Shown here: positions 10,223-19,728 of the stretch, in pieces
How the letters are laid out: every line of letters starts with the position of its first letter
How positions within the stretch are numbered: position 1 is the stretch's first letter
Assembly (NCBI GenBank): GCA_965223345.1
Contig: CBDCWG010000012.1
Span: 3,301,286-3,365,285 of the forward strand
DNA: 64,000 nt
DNA from: Nitrospinales bacterium
Lineage (GTDB): Bacteria; Nitrospinota; Nitrospinia; Nitrospinales; VA-1
Direction: 5' to 3'
Program-made: the position numbers and the translations under genes
Notes under the pieces: generated by a model
Databases searched by the model: none
The model's input: only the letters and a program-made list of their open reading frames with translations
What the model was told of the DNA's origin: nothing

Positions 10223-10876
10223 ATGACGATTCAATATACCAATGCCGAGTGGGACGGCAAAAAGGTCCTCATCGGAGAGACCGACCTGGATCCCGCGTCC
10301 CCCGTCCGCCTGCTGTTCGGATTCCACGGAGCCGATTCGACCCCGGAAAACATGCTCATCCACGGCAACAAGATGCTGCTGTCGAACACCGTCTATGTGT
10401 TTCCGGAAGGTCCGGTGGATGCGGGAAAGGGCCTGTGGAGCTGGTGGGAGGACGGCCCCAGACAGAAGGACGCGGTCGTGCGGTTCGCCGCCTACACGAC
10501 CGGCATGATCGACGCCGCGCACACGAACCTGGCCGACAAACTTTCCGGCAGGACGGTGCACACCAGCCTGTGGGGTTTTTCCCAGGGCGGCGCGGCGGCG
10601 CTGACCTACACGCTCATCGGAACCCACGCAATCCACAAGGCGGCGGCGGTGTGCGGATTCCTGCCGGAAATACCCGATGCGTTGCCCGAGCGCCCGGCTA
10701 CGGATATCCTCGGGATCTTCGGCACGCAGGACGACATCGTGCCTTCGTTCCTGGCCGAACACGCGCTGGATGAGATGGGCGCCAAGGGGCACAACGTGAC
10801 GGCCAAGGAAACCAGCCAGGGGCACGAGATCAACGGCGAGAACCTGCGCGAGCTGACGCGGTTTTTCGGAACTTAG
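10223..10876 (+). CDS. Alpha/beta-hydrolase (phospholipase/carboxylesterase family)
   Basis: GFSQGG nucleophile elbow, GTQDDIVP (Asp) and GHEI (His). Confidence 0.85.
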   Translation: MTIQYTNAEWDGKKVLIGETDLDPASPVRLLFGFHGADSTPENMLIHGNKMLLSNTVYVFPEGPVDAGKGLWSWWEDGPRQKDAVVRFAAYTTGMIDAAHTNLADKLSGRTVHTSLWGFSQGGAAALTYTLIGTHAIHKAAAVCGFLPEIPDALPERPATDILGIFGTQDDIVPSFLAEHALDEMGAKGHNVTAKETSQGHEINGENLRELTRFFGT

Positions 10877-10880
10877 GCTC

Positions 10881-11573
10881 TCACAGATTCGCGCAACATT
10901 GTTTCAGCTTCGGATCGGCCTGAATGCGGCTGTGGAGTGTTTCCCACAACTCCAGGCCGTGGCGGCTGGCGAGCAGGTCTTCGCGGTTGTTCCGGATCAG
11001 GTTTTTGAAATCGTCAAAACGCTCTCCGGGAATGTAAAAACTCGCCGCCAGCGCTTCCAGGTGCTCTCCTTTACCGGAGGCGACGGCCACGACCAGGCTG
11101 TCAAAATTGAGCGCCGCATAGCGCCTGGAATCCACCCGCTTGCGGATCGATTCGGTATCGGTCGTCTTTTCCGGCAGCATTTCGATCTGGTAATCGTTCG
11201 GGGTGAATTTGATCAGGTTGCCGGAAAGCGCGTTCACTCCCATCGGGGTCAGCGTGGTTGCGGTCCCGGTGATGTCCAGCCACATTCCGGCATTGTTGTT
11301 GAATTCGTGGGCCAGGTTGAACTCCTGGGTTTCATAGCCTTCCTTCACAAACTTGAGATGGTATTCGCCCAGTTTGCGATTGAAATCACGCGTCAGCGGC
11401 GTTTCTCCCACGAAGCTGCCATCGACGAACACCCGCACTGCATCCACGTTGGCGTTGAAGGTGATCGTGTCCTTGCCTTCGGAAAAAATGGTGGCGCATC
11501 CCGATAACATCACACCCAACAAAATAAGAATCCAGCCCGCGCTCCGCTTGCAAACATCTCTGTTTTGTTTCAT
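10881..11573 (-). CDS. Lipoprotein with a PEGA domain and a DUF3015-like C-terminus
   Basis: Lipobox LSGC; PEGA pattern VFVDG.FVGETP...KEGYE; C-terminal N.DSL...VASGKGEHLEALA. Confidence 0.7.
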   Translation of the reverse strand: MKQNRDVCKRSAGWILILLGVMLSGCATIFSEGKDTITFNANVDAVRVFVDGSFVGETPLTRDFNRKLGEYHLKFVKEGYETQEFNLAHEFNNNAGMWLDITGTATTLTPMGVNALSGNLIKFTPNDYQIEMLPEKTTDTESIRKRVDSRRYAALNFDSLVVAVASGKGEHLEALAASFYIPGERFDDFKNLIRNNREDLLASRHGLELWETLHSRIQADPKLKQCCANL

Positions 11574-11923
11574 GTTTCCTCCCCCAATGTTTTATAGTGC
11601 CCACTTTTCCACACATATATTTTAACTAATTTATATAAATTTAAACAAATTTATATCGAGCCAGGCAGATCGCCTGCAGGCGGTCCGAGACCTCTGTGGG
11701 AGGACCCACGATAAAGCTGAGAATGGGACGATCCCGATCCAATTCAATGACGAGAGAAAAGCAGCGTTCCCGCGATGGCTCTCCCCTCTTTTCTCCTCAA
11801 AGAAAAATACAAAACCGGACGCTTCCTTTATTAAAGGTGTTCCGTAAGCGGGCGCATAATCCGGGCCGAATTTTCACAATTCACCGCTTCGAAAGGGACC
11901 AAAACAATCCACGGTCTTTAACA

Positions 11924-11951
11924 TTGACACCTCAGCGGGTTTTGCTATGAT
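11924..11951 (+). promoter_or_regulatory. Sigma70-type promoter of the cobalamin cluster
   Basis: TTGACA at 11924-11929, 16 nt spacer, extended -10 TGcTATGAT (-10 at 11946-11951), directly upstream of the riboswitch. Confidence 0.75.
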
Positions 11952-11957
11952 TGGGCC

Positions 11958-12112
11958 ACATTCGACCGTGACACGTTTCAAATGAGGGAAGACGGTGCAA
12001 ATCCGTCGCGGACCCGCCGCTGTAACCGGGGACGAACTCTGTGAATGCCACTGTTCGGCAACGAACGGGAAGGCGCAGAGGGTAGATCGATCCGGAAGCC
12101 AGAATACCTCTT
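11958..12112 (+). ncRNA. Cobalamin riboswitch 1 (boundaries approximate)
   Basis: GGGAA-gacGGTGcAAaTCCgtc, CCcgCCgCTGTaA, GCCACTG...CGGGAAGG, and AGCCAGAAtACCT (B12 box); lies upstream of btuF. Confidence 0.93.
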
Positions 12113-12167
12113 GATCCGTCTTCACAAACTCTTCGAGGCTGAGGGGGGTGAAGGGCGCGCTGTTTCT

Positions 12168-12196
12168 GCCATTCCCTTTGGAATGGTTTTTTTTTT
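12168..12196 (+). terminator. Intrinsic terminator/attenuator in the riboswitch 1 leader
   Basis: CCATTCC-cttt-GGAATGG stem followed by T10, located between the aptamer and btuF. Confidence 0.75.
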
Positions 12197-12229
12197 GCCC
12201 TTCTTCCCACTGGATGCGAGGTCATCCCG

Positions 12230-13231
12230 GTGGAAATTTCCAAATCGATTTGCAATCGCCTGTGCGTGCGCCTTTTGCGGACGGTTCTCCCGCTCCGTTT
12301 GCCTGCGTCTGCGCGTTCCTGTCTGTCCATCCCACACATCCGACCGCTCTGGGTATTCCTCTTCCTTGTTCTTTCTGTGTCGCCGGTGCGCGCGGACGTG
12401 CCGCAACGCATCCTCTCCATGTCTCCCGGAATCACCGAAATCCTGTTCGCCATCGGCGCGGGAGATCGTGTGGTCGGCGTCACCGATTTCTGCAAATACC
12501 CAAAGGAAGCCTGCACCCGGCCTTCGGTGGGCGGGCTGTTGAATCCCAATGTGGAAACCTGGATCCAGCTGCGCCCGGATCTCATCGTGCACCAGATCAA
12601 AAGCACCAAAATAGAGACCAACGCCCGCAATCTCGGGATCAAAACCCTGGTCGTGCCGCAGGGCACGCTCGCGGACATCTTTCAAGGCATCCAGGCCATC
12701 GGCGATGCGCTGGATCTCAGCGACAACGCGCGCCGGCTGACGCAACAACTCCAGGCGGACATCGACTTTCACCGCAACAAGCTTGCGGGTGTGCATAAAA
12801 AATCGGTGCTGTTTCTGCTCGGCGACAGCGACGATCCGAGCCGCGACCTCTATGCGGTGGGCGGCGGGACGTTTCTCGGCGAGATCCTCGAGCTTGCGGG
12901 CGGGGCCAACATCCTGCCCGATCCGCTGGCCAAGTACCCGCGCGTCTCCAAGGAATTCATCATCGAGAAATCGCCCGAGATCATCATCGTCGCCGGCCCC
13001 AAAGCCAATCTCAACGAGCGCGAGCGGCAACGGGATCTTGAGCAATGGCGACAGTTCCCGACGCTGAAAGCGGTGCGGGACGAAAAGATCTTTTACATCG
13101 GCGCGGATTACATCCTGATCCCCGGACCGCGGCTGGTACAGATCCTGGCGCGTTTCGCACGCGCGATCCATCCGGATCTGTTTCCCGATGAAACGCCGAT
13201 CGCCCCCCTGACGGCGGGAGGCATCCGATGA
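12230..13231 (+). CDS. btuF: Cobalamin ABC transporter substrate-binding protein
   Basis: QRILSMSPGITEILFAIGAGDRVVGVT..C.YP, P.V..E.I....P and PGPRL motifs; start codon uncertain. Confidence 0.85.
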   Translation: MEISKSICNRLCVRLLRTVLPLRLPASARSCLSIPHIRPLWVFLFLVLSVSPVRADVPQRILSMSPGITEILFAIGAGDRVVGVTDFCKYPKEACTRPSVGGLLNPNVETWIQLRPDLIVHQIKSTKIETNARNLGIKTLVVPQGTLADIFQGIQAIGDALDLSDNARRLTQQLQADIDFHRNKLAGVHKKSVLFLLGDSDDPSRDLYAVGGGTFLGEILELAGGANILPDPLAKYPRVSKEFIIEKSPEIIIVAGPKANLNERERQRDLEQWRQFPTLKAVRDEKIFYIGADYILIPGPRLVQILARFARAIHPDLFPDETPIAPLTAGGIR

Positions 13232-14007
13232 GCGCGCCTCTTCTGGAGATGCAGGAGGCGGTGTTCGCCTACCGCAGCGAGCCGGTTCTTGACCGTGTGT
13301 CGCTCACAATCCGGCAGGGGGATTTCATCGCCGTGGTGGGTCCGAACGGTTCCGGCAAATCCACGCTGCTCAAACTTCTCAGCGGCATTCTGAAAACCCG
13401 CTCGGGAACGGTGCGCTACCGGGGCGCGGACATGAAGGACATCAAGCGCAAAGAACTCGCCCGCTCGCTGGCGTGGATTCCGCAGGAACACCCGATGACC
13501 TTCGACTTCAAGGTTTCGGAAATCGTGATGATGGGGCGGCACCCCTATCTTTCCGCATGGAGTTTCGAAGGCGAGGACGACCTGCGCATCATCCACGAAG
13601 CCATGCGCCTGACGGACACGGAAGTTTTCGCCGAACGCGGGTTCAACGAAATCAGCGGCGGCGAAAAACAGCGGGTCATGCTGGCGAGCGCCATCGCGCA
13701 GGAACCGGAGGTCATGCTGCTGGACGAGCCGACCTCGGCGCTCGATATCAAGTACCAGGTGCAGATCCTCGACATCCTCGAACGATTGAACCGCGAGCGC
13801 TCGATGACGGTGGTCCTCGCGATGCACGACCTGCAGCTTGCGGCGCGCTATTGCAAAAAACTGGTGCTCCTGCACGCGGGTGCAGTGATGAAGGAAGGCA
13901 CGCCGGAAGACGTGCTGCAAAAAGAAATTCTCGAAAACGCCTATGAGGTCAACGTGAAGCTGCTGCGCGATCCGGACGACGGTCGTTTCCTGGTGTTCCC
14001 GCAATGA
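13228..14007 (+). CDS. btuD: Cobalamin ABC transporter ATP-binding protein
   Basis: GPNGSGKST, ISGGEKQR, LLDEPT and H-loop MHDL. Confidence 0.88.
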   Translation: MSAPLLEMQEAVFAYRSEPVLDRVSLTIRQGDFIAVVGPNGSGKSTLLKLLSGILKTRSGTVRYRGADMKDIKRKELARSLAWIPQEHPMTFDFKVSEIVMMGRHPYLSAWSFEGEDDLRIIHEAMRLTDTEVFAERGFNEISGGEKQRVMLASAIAQEPEVMLLDEPTSALDIKYQVQILDILERLNRERSMTVVLAMHDLQLAARYCKKLVLLHAGAVMKEGTPEDVLQKEILENAYEVNVKLLRDPDDGRFLVFPQ

Positions 14008-15032
14008 GCCGGCAACCGATGCAAAGCATCCCGCTGCACCCCCGGCGCTATGCCGGCCTGATCGGCCTGTTCTTTCTTTTATTCCTGGCGACGCTGGTGG
14101 TGACGCCGCTCATCGGCTCCACGTCCATCAATCTCGGCAAGGCGTTTTCGCGCACGCTTCCATTCGAGGACAACGTGGACGCCAACATCCTTTTTCTGGC
14201 GCGGCTGCCGCGCATCTTTCTGGGCGCGGTGACGGGGGCGGCGCTCTCGGTGGCCGGGGCGGTGTTTCAGGCCCTGTTGCGCAACGATCTGGCGGCCCCG
14301 TTCACACTGGGTGTTTCCAGCGGCGCGGCTCTGGGCGCGGTGATCGCCATCGTGCTGGGATTCGAAGGCTATTTCTTCGGCTTTTCGCTGCTGCCGGTGA
14401 CGGCGTTCCTGGGTGCGCTCGGCGCGGTGTTTCTGGTGTTCGGGCTGGCCAAGAGCCGCGGCAAGGAATTTTCCACCTCCACGCTGCTGCTGGCAGGAAT
14501 CACGGCGAATTTTTTCTTCGCCGCTCTGGTGATGTTCATCCACTATCTGGCGGATTTCACGCAGTCGTTCCTCATCATCCGCTGGCTGATGGGCGGGCTC
14601 GACATAACCAGCTACCGGACGGTATTCTCGATCCTGGTGCCGGTGCTCTTGGGAATCGGCGTGCTGCTCACCCTCGCCCGCAGCATGAACCTGATCAGCG
14701 CCGGCGACGAATCCGCCGCGAGCCGCGGCGTCGAGGTGGCGCGCACGCAGATCGTCTGCTTCGTCACCGCCTCGCTGATCACGGGATCGGTGGTGTCGAT
14801 CAGCGGTCCCATCGGTTTTGTGGGGTTGATCGTGCCGCACATCGTCCGGCTCATGGTGGGGCCGGATCTTCGCATCCTGATCCCGGCCTCGATGTTTTTC
14901 GGCGCGAGCTTTCTCATCGCGTGCGACACGGTGGCCCGCACGCTGCTCGCGCCCACGGAAATTCCGGTGGGCATCATCACGGCTCTGATCGGTGGCCCGT
15001 TTTTCGTGTGGCTGCTCAAACGGCAACGGTGA
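14004..15032 (+). CDS. btuC: Cobalamin ABC transporter permease (FecCD family)
   Basis: RLPR, FQALLRN.LA.P..LGVSSGA, GPIGFVGLIVPH and EIPVG motifs. Confidence 0.9.
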   Translation: MSRQPMQSIPLHPRRYAGLIGLFFLLFLATLVVTPLIGSTSINLGKAFSRTLPFEDNVDANILFLARLPRIFLGAVTGAALSVAGAVFQALLRNDLAAPFTLGVSSGAALGAVIAIVLGFEGYFFGFSLLPVTAFLGALGAVFLVFGLAKSRGKEFSTSTLLLAGITANFFFAALVMFIHYLADFTQSFLIIRWLMGGLDITSYRTVFSILVPVLLGIGVLLTLARSMNLISAGDESAASRGVEVARTQIVCFVTASLITGSVVSISGPIGFVGLIVPHIVRLMVGPDLRILIPASMFFGASFLIACDTVARTLLAPTEIPVGIITALIGGPFFVWLLKRQR

Positions 15033-15042
15033 GAACGCGACC

Positions 15043-16551
15043 ATGACGGCACAAACACTCATGATTCAGGGAACCGGCTCGGGGGTGGGGAAAAGCATCC
15101 TCACCGCGGGGCTGTGCCGTCACTTCTACAGGCAGGGGCTCAAAGTCGCGCCGTTCAAGGCGCAGAACATGTCGCTCAATTCCTTCATCACCGAAGAAGG
15201 CGGCGAGCTGGGGCGCGCGCAGGCGTATCAGGCCGAGGCCTGCGGCCTGAAACCACAAGTGGCGATGAACCCCATTTTGCTCAAACCCACGGCGGACAAC
15301 CATTCGCAGGTGATCGTCATGGGCCGGGTGACGGAAAACCGCGATGCGAAAGACTACTTCGCCCGGCACCAGAAACACAAAGAAGTGGTGGAGCGCGCGT
15401 TCGACAGCCTGCGCCAGCAGTACGAGCTGATCGTGCTGGAAGGAGCCGGAAGCCCGGCGGAGATCAATCTCAAACAATGGGATCTGGTCAACATGCCGAT
15501 GGCGGAATATGCGGAAGCACCGGTGTTGATCGTCGGCGACATCGACCGCGGTGGCGTGTTCGCGTGGATGAAAGGCACACTCGACCTGTTGACCGCAAAA
15601 GAGCGGAACCGCGTCGCCGGGTTTCTCGTCAACAAATTCCGCGGCGATCCGGATCTTCTGAAACCGGGGCTCGTGCAGTTCGAAGGATTGACGGGAAAAC
15701 CCGTGCTGGGCGTGCTGCCGTACCTGCGCGATCTTCTGATCGACGAGGAGGACGCCATTCCCGCCTGGAACCACGACGGCATCGCCAACGGCAAGGCCCT
15801 TCTGGATGTGGCGGTGATCTGGTATCCGCGCATTGCCAATTTCACCGATCTCGCGCCGCTCGCCGCCGACCCGTGCGTGTCGCTGCGTTTCGTGGCGCAG
15901 GCGAACCGGCTCGGCAACCCGGACTGCATCGTGCTGCCGGGCAGCAAGAACACGCTGGAAGATCTGGCGTACCTGCAAACCCAGGGGCTCGACCGCGCCA
16001 TCGTGCGTGCGGCTGATACGGGCGCGATGGTGCTGGGCATCTGCGGCGGCTTTCAGATGATGGGAAAACGCGTGCGCGACCCACATGCGGTGGAAAGCCA
16101 GCGCGGCGCGATGCCGGGTCTGGGGCTTCTGGATGCCGACACGGTGCTGCAACGGAAGAAAACCACACGCCAGGTGCGGCGCGCGGCAGCGGCCGGTCCG
16201 GTGCTGCCGGCAGGCGTGCAGCTTGAGGGATACGAGATCCACATGGGAGAGACGCGCTTTGCCACGCCGTACCCTCCCCTGTTCACGGCGCTGCACGGCG
16301 AAGACCCGCGCCCGCTCGGGGTCACGGACGATGCGGGGGCGCTCATCGGCACGTATGCCCACGGTTTTCTCGACAACGACGGCCTGCGCAACGGGTTTCT
16401 CGCGCATGTGCGTCGGCGGCGCGGCCTGCCGCAACCGGAAACGGAATTCGACTACCGCCGGTTTCGCGAAAAGCAGCTCGACCGGCTGGCAGATCTGGTC
16501 GAGGAATCCATCGATCTGGAGCGCCTGCATGCGATCGTGTCCGGAACATGA
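15043..16551 (+). CDS. cobQ: Cobyric acid synthase
   Basis: QGTGSGVGKS, PFKAQNMSLNS, MNPILLKP, EGAGSPAEINL, GICGG and GYEIH motifs. Confidence 0.96.
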   Translation: MTAQTLMIQGTGSGVGKSILTAGLCRHFYRQGLKVAPFKAQNMSLNSFITEEGGELGRAQAYQAEACGLKPQVAMNPILLKPTADNHSQVIVMGRVTENRDAKDYFARHQKHKEVVERAFDSLRQQYELIVLEGAGSPAEINLKQWDLVNMPMAEYAEAPVLIVGDIDRGGVFAWMKGTLDLLTAKERNRVAGFLVNKFRGDPDLLKPGLVQFEGLTGKPVLGVLPYLRDLLIDEEDAIPAWNHDGIANGKALLDVAVIWYPRIANFTDLAPLAADPCVSLRFVAQANRLGNPDCIVLPGSKNTLEDLAYLQTQGLDRAIVRAADTGAMVLGICGGFQMMGKRVRDPHAVESQRGAMPGLGLLDADTVLQRKKTTRQVRRAAAAGPVLPAGVQLEGYEIHMGETRFATPYPPLFTALHGEDPRPLGVTDDAGALIGTYAHGFLDNDGLRNGFLAHVRRRRGLPQPETEFDYRRFREKQLDRLADLVEESIDLERLHAIVSGT

Positions 16552-17285
16552 AGGATTTTTTTGCGGCGCTGGGTTTTCTCACGGTGCTGCCTGTGCCCAG
16601 GGACAGCTTCAACGCAGGCGGCCGGCCGGCGCTGTATTTCCCGCTGGTGGGGCTTCTTATCGGCGGCCTGCTTGCGGGTGTGGATGCGCTCGGCGCGCGC
16701 TGGGCGCCGCCGGAGGTGCGGGCGGCCTGCGACGTGCTGTTTCTCGCTGCCGTCTCGGGGGCGCTGCATCTGGACGGCCTGGCCGACAGCGCGGACGGCC
16801 TGTTTTCCCACCGCTCAAGGGAAGAAGTTTTACGTATCATGAAAGATCCGCGCGCCGGCGTCATGGGTGTATTGGGCGTACTGTTCTGCCTGATCCTGAA
16901 ATGGGCGGCGCTGCTGCGGCTGCCGCAGCTGTCGATCTGGCTGGTAGCGGCCCCCGCTCTCGCGCGTTCGGCTCAGGCGGTGGCTCTGGTGTGTGTGAAT
17001 TACGCGGGCGGTGCGGATTCGCTTTCGCAAGCGTGGTTTCAAAAGAAACGTTACGGACTGCTTGCGGGCGTCCCGGTTGCACTGGCGCTGCCGTTTTACA
17101 TCGATTGGACGGCGGGGCTGGCGGCGGCGCTGGTGTTTCTTATCACCACGGCGGCGCTGCTGCTTTACTTTCGCCGGCGGCTCGGCGGCGTCACGGGAGA
17201 CACGGTGGGGGCATTGTCGGAATGCGTGGAGACGGCCATTCTGCTTCTCGGAGCCATCATCGTGTACAACTCAGCGGGACCCTAA
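16548..17285 (+). CDS. cobS: Adenosylcobinamide-GDP ribazoletransferase (cobalamin synthase)
   Basis: FLT.LP, GALHLDGLADSADG, IMKDPR.G..G and GGVTGD..GA motifs. Confidence 0.95.
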   Translation: MKDFFAALGFLTVLPVPRDSFNAGGRPALYFPLVGLLIGGLLAGVDALGARWAPPEVRAACDVLFLAAVSGALHLDGLADSADGLFSHRSREEVLRIMKDPRAGVMGVLGVLFCLILKWAALLRLPQLSIWLVAAPALARSAQAVALVCVNYAGGADSLSQAWFQKKRYGLLAGVPVALALPFYIDWTAGLAAALVFLITTAALLLYFRRRLGGVTGDTVGALSECVETAILLLGAIIVYNSAGP

Positions 17286-17314
17286 AAACCATCCTCTAAC
17301 TTCAGGGTGAAACC

Positions 17315-18568
17315 ATGAACCCGAAAAATATTCTCATCACAGGCGGCACGCGCAGCGGCAAGAGCCGCAACGCCCTGACGATCGCAGACGCCCTGCCCGG
17401 CAAGAGAGTGTTCCTCGCCACCGCCGAGGCGCTGGATGCAGAGATGAGCGAGCGCATCGCCAAACACAAGGCGGAACGCGGGCCGGACTGGATCACGATC
17501 GAGGAACCACTGGACCCGGTGGGCAGGATGCAAGCATCCGACGCCGATGTGATGATCTTCGACTGCCTGACGCTTTGGATCAGCAACCTGATGATGCGGG
17601 ACCGCCCGCCGGAGGCCATCCTGCAGGCGGTGCGCGATCTGATCGCGGAATGCGAGCGCAAGCGGCGCACCTGCATCGTCATCACCAATGAAGTGGGCGC
17701 GGGGATCGTTCCGGACAACGCGCTCAGCCGCCGGTTCCGCGACGTCGCCGGAGAAGCCAATCAGCGCATCGCCGCCGCGTTCGATGAGGTGGTGCACATG
17801 GTGTCCGGCATTCCGGTCGTGATCAAAAAAGACGGAGAGATCCCTTCCGCTGAAACCGCAGACCCGGAGCACCCGCACGCGTTTTCGCCGCAGCTCAAAA
17901 AGGGATGCTACGAAGCGATCTACAAGCGACGGGACATGCGGCATTTTCTGCCGCAGCCGGTGAACGCGGACGTGCTGGGGCGCATCCTCGATGCGGCGCA
18001 TCACGCGGGCTCGGTGGGCTACATGCAACCCTGGAATTTTCTCGTCATCGACTCGGAAACGACGCGCCGAAAGATCGCGGCCAATTTCGCAGATGCCAGC
18101 GCCGAAGCGGCGCAGAAATTTCGCGGCGACCGCAAAGCGCTGTACGAAAGCCTCAAGCTCGAAGGCATTCTGGAAGCCCCTATCAACATCTGCGTCACCT
18201 GCGACCGCACCCGCCTGGGGCCGAACATTCTCGGGCGCGACAGCGTCCGCGAGACCGACCTGTTCAGCACCTGCTGCGCGGTGCAGAACCTGTGGCTGGC
18301 GGCGCGGGCCGAGGGGCTTGCGGTGGGATGGGTGAGCATCCTGTCGATGGACCGGCTGCGACGCGATCTGGAAATTCCCGAGCATGTGTTTCCGGTGGCC
18401 TATCTCTGTCTGGGACACACCGACGCGTTTTACGAAAAGCCGATGCTGGAGAGCAAGGGCTGGGAAAAACGCGTGCCGCTCGAACGGTTGATCTTCTACA
18501 ACAAATGGGAGGGCAAACCCGGAAGCTACCGGGTGACTCTGCCGCAGCCTTCGGGAGGCCGGGCATGA
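17315..18568 (+). CDS. cobU-bluB: Fusion of adenosylcobinamide kinase/guanylyltransferase (CobU/CobP) and 5,6-dimethylbenzimidazole synthase (BluB)
   Basis: N-half: TGGTRSGKS, EM.ERI.KH..ER, DCLTLW, NEVG.G, FRD..G..NQ. C-half: RRDMRHF, AH.A.SVG.MQPW.F, LKLEGI.EAP, QNLWLAARAEGL.VGWVS. Confidence 0.93.
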   Translation: MNPKNILITGGTRSGKSRNALTIADALPGKRVFLATAEALDAEMSERIAKHKAERGPDWITIEEPLDPVGRMQASDADVMIFDCLTLWISNLMMRDRPPEAILQAVRDLIAECERKRRTCIVITNEVGAGIVPDNALSRRFRDVAGEANQRIAAAFDEVVHMVSGIPVVIKKDGEIPSAETADPEHPHAFSPQLKKGCYEAIYKRRDMRHFLPQPVNADVLGRILDAAHHAGSVGYMQPWNFLVIDSETTRRKIAANFADASAEAAQKFRGDRKALYESLKLEGILEAPINICVTCDRTRLGPNILGRDSVRETDLFSTCCAVQNLWLAARAEGLAVGWVSILSMDRLRRDLEIPEHVFPVAYLCLGHTDAFYEKPMLESKGWEKRVPLERLIFYNKWEGKPGSYRVTLPQPSGGRA

Positions 18569-19728
18569 CTCTGTCTTCGACGCCAACCGAAAACCGCATT
18601 CCCGCCGAACGCGCCGACGCGCTGTGGCGCAGCCCGCATGGCGGCAACCGGGCCGCCTGGGAGGAAGAACCCGGCCCGGGCGGCGGCGATCTGCTGGATT
18701 TCAGCGTCAACGTCAATCCGTTCGGCCCGCCTGCGTGTGTGGAACCGATCGTCGCGTCGATGCGTCCTCTCATTGCGGACTATCCGAACCCGGACTGCGC
18801 CGCCTTTAAAAAGGAACTTTCGGACACACTCGGCGTCGATGCCGCGTCGATCCTGCCGGTGAATGGATCGACGGAATGGATCTACCTGCTTCCGCGCTTG
18901 CTGTCGCCGGGCCAGGAGGTGCTTCTCGTCACGCCCTGCTTCTCGGAGTACGCGTGGGCGTTCAGCGCGTCCGGCATGCGCGTGCGTGCGTTCACTCTGG
19001 ATCCCGATAACGGTTTTCATCTCGATACAAAGGCGCTGCTTTCCCGTCTCACACAGACCCCGCGCCCGGGAGCGCTGGTGCTCGGGCACCCTGCGAGCCC
19101 GCACGGCACGCTGTGCGATCCGGACACGCTGCACGCGATCTGGCAACACTGCGAGCAGGCGAGGATCTATTTAATCGTGGATGAAACGTTCATCGACTTT
19201 GCAGAGCCCTGCGACTCGCTGCTGAAAAAGATGCACCCCTCGCACTATCTGGTGCTGGTGCGGTCGATGACCAAGTTTTATTCGATTCCCGGCTTGCGCC
19301 TCGGATACGGCGTCGCACCTGCGGAATGCGTGTCGCGGTTGAAGGCCTTCCAGCCACCCTGGTCGGTCAACGCGCTGGCCCAGGCGGCCGGCTCGGCGCT
19401 GCTTCAGGACACCGTATTTCAAACCGAGAGCCGCAACCGCATTCGCGTGGAGAAAGATTTTTTACAGAAGCGGTTGCAGGAGATGTCCTGTATCTCGGTT
19501 TTCGATTCGGACGCCAACTTTCTGCTGTTCCGGCTGACCGGCAAATGGCAGCCGCACGGACAGCGCTTTTTCTTTGCGCTGTTGAATCACAGCATCCTGG
19601 TGCGAAACTGCGGCAACTTCAACGGGCTGGACGATAGTTTCTTTCGCGTCGCGGTGCGGACGCGCACGGACAACGAACGGTTACTCGCGGCCCTGCCCTC
19701 GGTTCTGGGCAGCCTGCATGAGGATTGA
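18565..19728 (+). CDS. cobD: L-threonine-O-3-phosphate decarboxylase
   Basis: HGGN, DFSVNVNPFG, NGSTE, VDETFIDF, and RSMTKFYSIPGLRLGY (PLP lysine). Confidence 0.9.
   Translation: MTLSSTPTENRIPAERADALWRSPHGGNRAAWEEEPGPGGGDLLDFSVNVNPFGPPACVEPIVASMRPLIADYPNPDCAAFKKELSDTLGVDAASILPVNGSTEWIYLLPRLLSPGQEVLLVTPCFSEYAWAFSASGMRVRAFTLDPDNGFHLDTKALLSRLTQTPRPGALVLGHPASPHGTLCDPDTLHAIWQHCEQARIYLIVDETFIDFAEPCDSLLKKMHPSHYLVLVRSMTKFYSIPGLRLGYGVAPAECVSRLKAFQPPWSVNALAQAAGSALLQDTVFQTESRNRIRVEKDFLQKRLQEMSCISVFDSDANFLLFRLTGKWQPHGQRFFFALLNHSILVRNCGNFNGLDDSFFRVAVRTRTDNERLLAALPSVLGSLHED

Noticed and set aside
12148..12798. Alternative ORF starting right after riboswitch 1, or a frameshift at the T10 tract
   Set aside because: The T-tract is explained as the terminator U-run, the ORF has no recognisable content, and btuF is intact in another frame.
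17905..18564. N-terminal extension of the 607 aa ORF-track call containing cobD
   Set aside because: It overlaps bluB in another frame; the real start is ATG 18565 with a GGAGG RBS. Similar over-extensions were trimmed for wzx, the AlkP gene and the glycosyltransferases.
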